Shown here: positions 59,201 to 64,000 of the stretch, piece after piece
Layout of the letters: each line of letters starts with the position of its first letter
Position numbering within the stretch: the first letter of the stretch is position 1
Source: the human T2T-CHM13v2.0 reference genome, Homo sapiens
Direction: 5' to 3' (one strand)
Assembly (NCBI RefSeq): GCF_009914755.1
Contig: NC_060946.1
DNA length: 64,000 bases
The notes under the pieces: model-generated
The model's input: the letters and a program-made list of their open reading frames with translations, nothing else
What the model was told of the DNA's origin: nothing
The model's database searches: none
Program-made: the position numbers and the translations under genes

Positions 59201-62200
59201 TTGGATTCGATTCCGTTCCATTCCATTCCATTCCACTCGAGTTGATTCCACTCCGTTACATTGGATTACATTCCACTTCATTCCTATCAGGTGGATTCCA
59301 TTCCATTCCATTCCATTCCTCTCCGGTTGATTCCATTCCGTTCCTTGCCATTCCATTCCATTCCATTCCATTCCGTTCCATTCCATTCGTGTTGATTCTA
59401 TTCCATTCCACTGCAATCCATTCCATTCCATTCCAATCCATTCCATTCCATTCAAATCCACTCGCATTCAATCTATTCCATTGCATTTCATTCCGTTCTG
59501 TTCCATTCCATTCCATTGCATTCCATACCATTCCATTCCACTCGGGATGATTCCATTGCATTCCATTATATTCCATTCCATTCCATTCCATTCCAATCCA
59601 TTCCATTCCACTCGGGTTGATTCCATTCCATTCCATTCCATTCCATTCCATTCCATTCCTTTCCATTCCATTCCATTCCATTCCACTCGTGTTGTTTCCA
59701 TTCCATTCCTTTCCATTTCATTCTATTCCATTCCATTCCATTCCATTCCATTCCATTCCATTCCATTCTATTCCATTCCATTCCACTCCATTCCATTCCA
59801 TTCCTCTCCGGTTATTCCATTCAATTCCGTTCCATTCCACTCGGTTTTTTTTCCATTCCATTGCATTCCATTTTATTCCATTCCATTCCATTCCATTCCA
59901 TTCCATTAAATTCCATTCTATTCCGTTCCACTCAGGTAGATTCCATTCCATTCCATTCCATTCCATTCCATTCCATTCCATTCCATTCCATTCCATTCCA
60001 TTAGTTTCTAATGTGGTTGATTCCAATCCTTTCCATTATATTTAAGTCCTTTCCATTCCATGCCATTCCACTCGAGTTCTTTCCATTTTGTTGGATTCCA
60101 TTCCATTCCATTCCATTCCATTCCATTCCATTCCTTTCCATTCCATTCCATCCCATTGCATACCATTCCATCAAATTTCATTGCATGTTATTCCATTCCA
60201 TTCCATTCCCTTCCATTCCATTCCATTCCACTCCATTCCTTTCCACTCGGGTTGATTCTATTCCATTCAATTCCGTTCCTTTCCGTTCCATTCCATTCAA
60301 TTCCATTTCATTCCATTGCATTCCACTCGGGTTTATTCCATTCTATTCCATTCCATTCCATTCCATTCCATTCCATTCCATTCCATTCCTTTCGGGTTGA
60401 TTCCTTTCCATTCCATTCCATTCCATACCATTTCACTCCATTCCGTTCCATTCCATTCGGGTTGATTCCGTTCCATTCCATGCCCTTTTATGCCTTTCCA
60501 TTCCATTCCATTCCCTTCCATACCATTCCACCAATGTTGATTGCATGTTATTCCATTCCATTCCATTCCATTCCATTCCATTCCATTGCATTCCGTTCCA
60601 TTCTACTCGGGTTGATTTCATTCCACTCATTTCCATTCCGTGCCATTCCGATCCATTCCATTCCATTTCATTCCTGTGCTTTCCACTCGTGTTGATTCCA
60701 TTCCATTCCATTCCATTCCATACCCTTCGAGTTGATTCCTTTCCATTCCATTCCATTCCATACCATTCCACTCCATTCCGTTCCATTCCATTCGGGTTGA
60801 TTCCGTTCCATTCCATGACCTTTTATTCCATTTCATTCCGTTCCATTCCATTCCATTCCTTTCCATTCCATACCATTCCACCAAAGTTGATTGCATGTTA
60901 TTCTATTTCATTCCCTTCCATTCCATTCCATTACATTCCTTTCCACTCGGGTTGATTCCATTCCTTTCAATTCCGTTCCATTCCGCTCCGTTCCGTTCCA
61001 TTCCATTCCATTACATTCCATGGCATTCCACTCGGGTTGATTCCATTCCATTCCATTCCATTCTATTCCATACACTTCGGGTTGATTCCTTTCCATTCCA
61101 TTCCATTCCATACCATTCCACTCCATTCCGTTCCATTCCATTCGTGTTGATTAAATTCCGTTCCATTCCATTCCATTCCATTCCATTCCATACCATTCCA
61201 CTATGGTTTATTCCATACCATTCCATTCCATTGCATTCCATTCCATTCCATTCCACTCGGGTTGATTCCATTCCATTCCATTCCATTCCATTCCATTCCT
61301 TTCCTTTCAACTCGGGTTGATTTTATTCCATTCAATTCCGTTCCGTTCCATTCCATTCCATTCCATTCCATTTCATTCCATTGCATTCCACTCGTGTTGA
61401 CTCCATTCCATTCCATTCCATTGCATTCCATTCCATTCCATTCCATACCCTTCGAGTTGATTCCTTTCCATTCCATTCCATTCCACACCATTCCAATCCA
61501 TTCCGTTCCATTCCATTCGGGTTGATTCCGTTCCATTCCATGACCTTTTATTCCATTCCATTCCATTCTATTCCATACCATTCGGGGTGATTCCTTTCCA
61601 TTCCATTCCATTCCATTCCATACCATTCCACTCCATTCCGTTCCATTCCATTCGGGTTAAGTCCATTCCGTTCCATTCCGTTCCATTCCATTCCATACCA
61701 TTCCACTAGGGTTGATTCCATACCATTCCATTCCATTGCATTCCATTCCATTCCATTCCACTCGGGTTGATTCCATTCCGTTCCATTCCATTCCACTGCA
61801 TTCCATTACATTCCATTCCACTCCAGTTAATTCCGTTCCATTCCATTCCAATCCATTCCATTCCATTGGGGTCCGTTCCATTCCATTCCTTTCCATTCTG
61901 TTCCGTTCCGATCCATTCCATTCAATTCCATTCCATTCCATTCCATTCCATTCATTCCTTTCCATTCCATTCCATTCCACTCGGGTTGATTCCATTCCAT
62001 TCCATTCCATACCATTCCATTCCATTAAATTCCATTCCATTCCATTCCACTCGGGTAGATTCCATTCCATTCCATTCCATTGCATTCCATTCCATTCCAA
62101 TGCTTTCCATTAGTTTCTAATCGGGTTGATTCCAATCCATTCCATTATATTCAAGTCCTTTCCATTCCATGCCATTCCACTCGGGTTGTTTCCATTATGT

Positions 62201-63568
62201 TGTATTCCATTCCATTCCATTCCATTCCATTGCATTCCCTTCCATTCCATTCCATTCCATTCCATTCCATTGCATTCCATTCCACTCAGGTTGTTTCCTT
62301 TCAGTTGCATTAGTTTCCATTCCATTCCATTCCTTTCCATTCCATTCCACTCAGGGTGATTCCATTCCTTTCCATTCAAATTCTTTCCATTCCTGTTGAT
62401 ACCATTGCATTGCATTGTTTCCATTCCATTCCATTCCATTCCATTCCATTCCACTCGGTTTTATTCCTTTCCATTCCATTCCATCCCATTCCATTCCGCT
62501 CCATTCCATTCCATTCAATTCAATTCCATTCCATTCCACTCCATTCCATTCCACTCTTGTTCATTCCATTCCATTCCATTCCATTCTATCCCGTTCCTTT
62601 CCATTCTATTCCGTTCCTTTCCATTCCCTCACACTCGTGTTCATTCCATTCCGTTCCTTTGCATTCCATTCCATTCATTTCCATTCCTTTCCATTGAACT
62701 CCACTTGGTTGATTCCATTCCATTCCATTCTATTCCATTCCGTTCAATTAAATTCCATTCCATTCCATTCCCTTGCATTCCAGTTCATTCCATTCGTTTC
62801 CATTCCATTCCATTCCCTTCCATTCCATTCCATTCCCTTCCATTCCATTCCGTTCAATTCTATTCCGTTGCATTGGAATCGGGTTGATTCCAATCAATTC
62901 CATTACATTCCAGTCTATTCCATTCCATTCCATTCCACTCGGTTTGTTTCCATTACGTTGAATTGCATTCCATTCCATTCCATTCCATTCCATTCCATTC
63001 CATTCCATTCCATTGAAATTCATTGCATTTCATTCCACTCGGTTTGTTTCCTTTCCATTCCATTAGTTTCCAATAAATTCCATTCCATTCATTCCATTCC
63101 ATTCCATTCCACTCAGGTTGATTCCATTCCATTCCATTCCATTCGATTCCATTCTAGTTGATTCCATTGCATTCCGTGCTGTTCCATTCCATTCCACTCC
63201 ATTCGAATCCATTCCACTTGGGTTGATTCCATTCAATTCCATTCCATTCAATTACCTTCCATTGCATTCCACTCGGGTTGATTCCATTCCATTCCATTCC
63301 ATTGCATTTCCTTCCATTCCATTCCATTCCACTCCATTCCATTCCATTCAATTCAATTCCACTCCATTCCAATCCACTCGTGTTCATTCCATTCCATTCC
63401 ATTCTTTCCCGTTCCTTTCCATTCTATTCCGTTTCATTCCACTCCCTTACACTCGTGTTCATTCCATTCCGTTCCGTTCCATTCCATTCCATTCATTTCC
63501 GTTCCTTTCCATTTCACTCCACTCGGGTTGATTCCATTCCATTCCATTCCATTCCATTCCTTTCCATT
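53237..63568 (+). repeat. Higher-order repeat copy 4 (10,332 bp deletion derivative)
   Basis: The same deletion junction occurs at 62463. The ORF track repeats at a 10,332-10,337 offset (e.g. 52083/62415, 50213/60545, 47300/57637). Confidence 0.92.
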
Positions 63569-64000
63569 AGTTTCTAATCGGGTTGATTCCAATCCATTAC
63601 ATTATATTCAAGTCCTTTCCATTCCATGCCATTCCACTCGTGTTCTTTCCATTTTGTTGTATTCCATTCCATTCCATTCCATTCCATTCCATTCCATTCC
63701 ATTCCATTGCATTCCATTCCATTGCAATCCATTCCACTGGGGTTGCTTCCATTCCGTTCCATTAGTTTCCATTCCATTCCATTCCTTTCCATTCCATTCC
63801 ATTCCATTCCATACCATTCCATCAAAGTTGATTGCATGTTATTCCATTCCATTCAATTCCATTCCATTCCATTCCATTCCTTTCCTTTCCACTCGGGTTG
63901 ATTCCATTCCATTCAATTCCGTTCCGTTCCTTTCCATTCCATTCCATTCCAGTTCATTCCATTGCATTCCACTCGGGTTGATTCCATTCCATTCCGTTCC
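63569..64000 (+). repeat. Start of higher-order repeat copy 5 (truncated by the window edge)
   Basis: Matches 53237 onward (CACTGGGGTTGCTTCC, CCATCAAAGTTGATTGCATG). Confidence 0.88.

Larger units (their letters stand above)
1..64000 (+). repeat. Human/great-ape Satellite III (HSat3) array, (CATTC)n / (GAATG)n, C-rich strand on + throughout. CAACCCGAGT-rich type, probably HSat3B (as on 9q12 or the acrocentric short arms).
   Basis: CATTC pentamers run without interruption over the whole window, with a recurrent CACTCGGGTTGATTC motif, the classical Sat III interspersed decamer. The dense CATTCGATTC/GATGAT pattern of HSat2 is absent. Subfamily and chromosome are inferred, not established. Confidence 0.97.

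Noticed and set aside
158-63980. CRISPR-like pattern of recurring ACTCGGGTTGATT with intervening sequence
   Set aside because: The repeat is too short, spacing is irregular, the intervening DNA is CATTC repeat rather than unique spacer, and there are no cas genes.
1-64000. Hundreds of ORFs encoding (IPFHS)n on + and (MEWNG)n on -
   Set aside because: The consensus pentamer has no stop codon in any frame and supplies an ATG every 5 bp on the - strand. The ORFs overlap in all six frames and show no domain or codon structure.
1-64000. Inversion or strand switch
   Set aside because: I saw no (GGAAT)n tract on the + strand. Isolated GGAAT/GAAT words (e.g. TTGGAATCGGG) are point variants within a module.
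1-64000. Embedded Alu/L1/ERV, alpha satellite, telomeric repeat or unique island
   Set aside because: No stretch departs from the pentamer register for more than about 20-30 bp, and I saw no poly(A) tails, target-site duplications or TTAGGG runs.

Overview
The whole 64 kb is primate (human-type) Satellite III (HSat3) heterochromatin. It consists of diverged (CATTC)n pentamers on the + strand, punctuated every few tens of bases by the in-phase decamer ACTCGGGTTG (= CAACCCGAGT) and its variants. I see no genes, transposons, RNA genes or strand inversions. All ORFs are the IPFHS/MEWNG translations of the pentamer. The informative signal is the multi-kb architecture. There is a higher-order repeat with a canonical unit of about 15.3 kb, present as four near-identical copies of unequal length (18,399, 15,220, 10,337 and 10,332 bp, phased on one landmark). 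These are preceded by a more diverged, longer version of the same unit (1-~9,260). The length differences are explained by rearrangements whose junctions can be read in the sequence: a ~3.53 kb tandem duplication, a ~4.99 kb deletion that founded a new 10.33 kb unit, deletions of ~1.48 kb, 414, 215 and 170 bp, and duplications of 70 and 45 bp. Shared variants suggest mosaic ancestry between copies. The unit is itself a patchwork of older modules (~355 bp, ~244 bp, ~1.3 kb and a ~100 bp two-family module). I found no evidence of a new coding or genetic system. All coordinates were counted by eye and may be off by a few bases.
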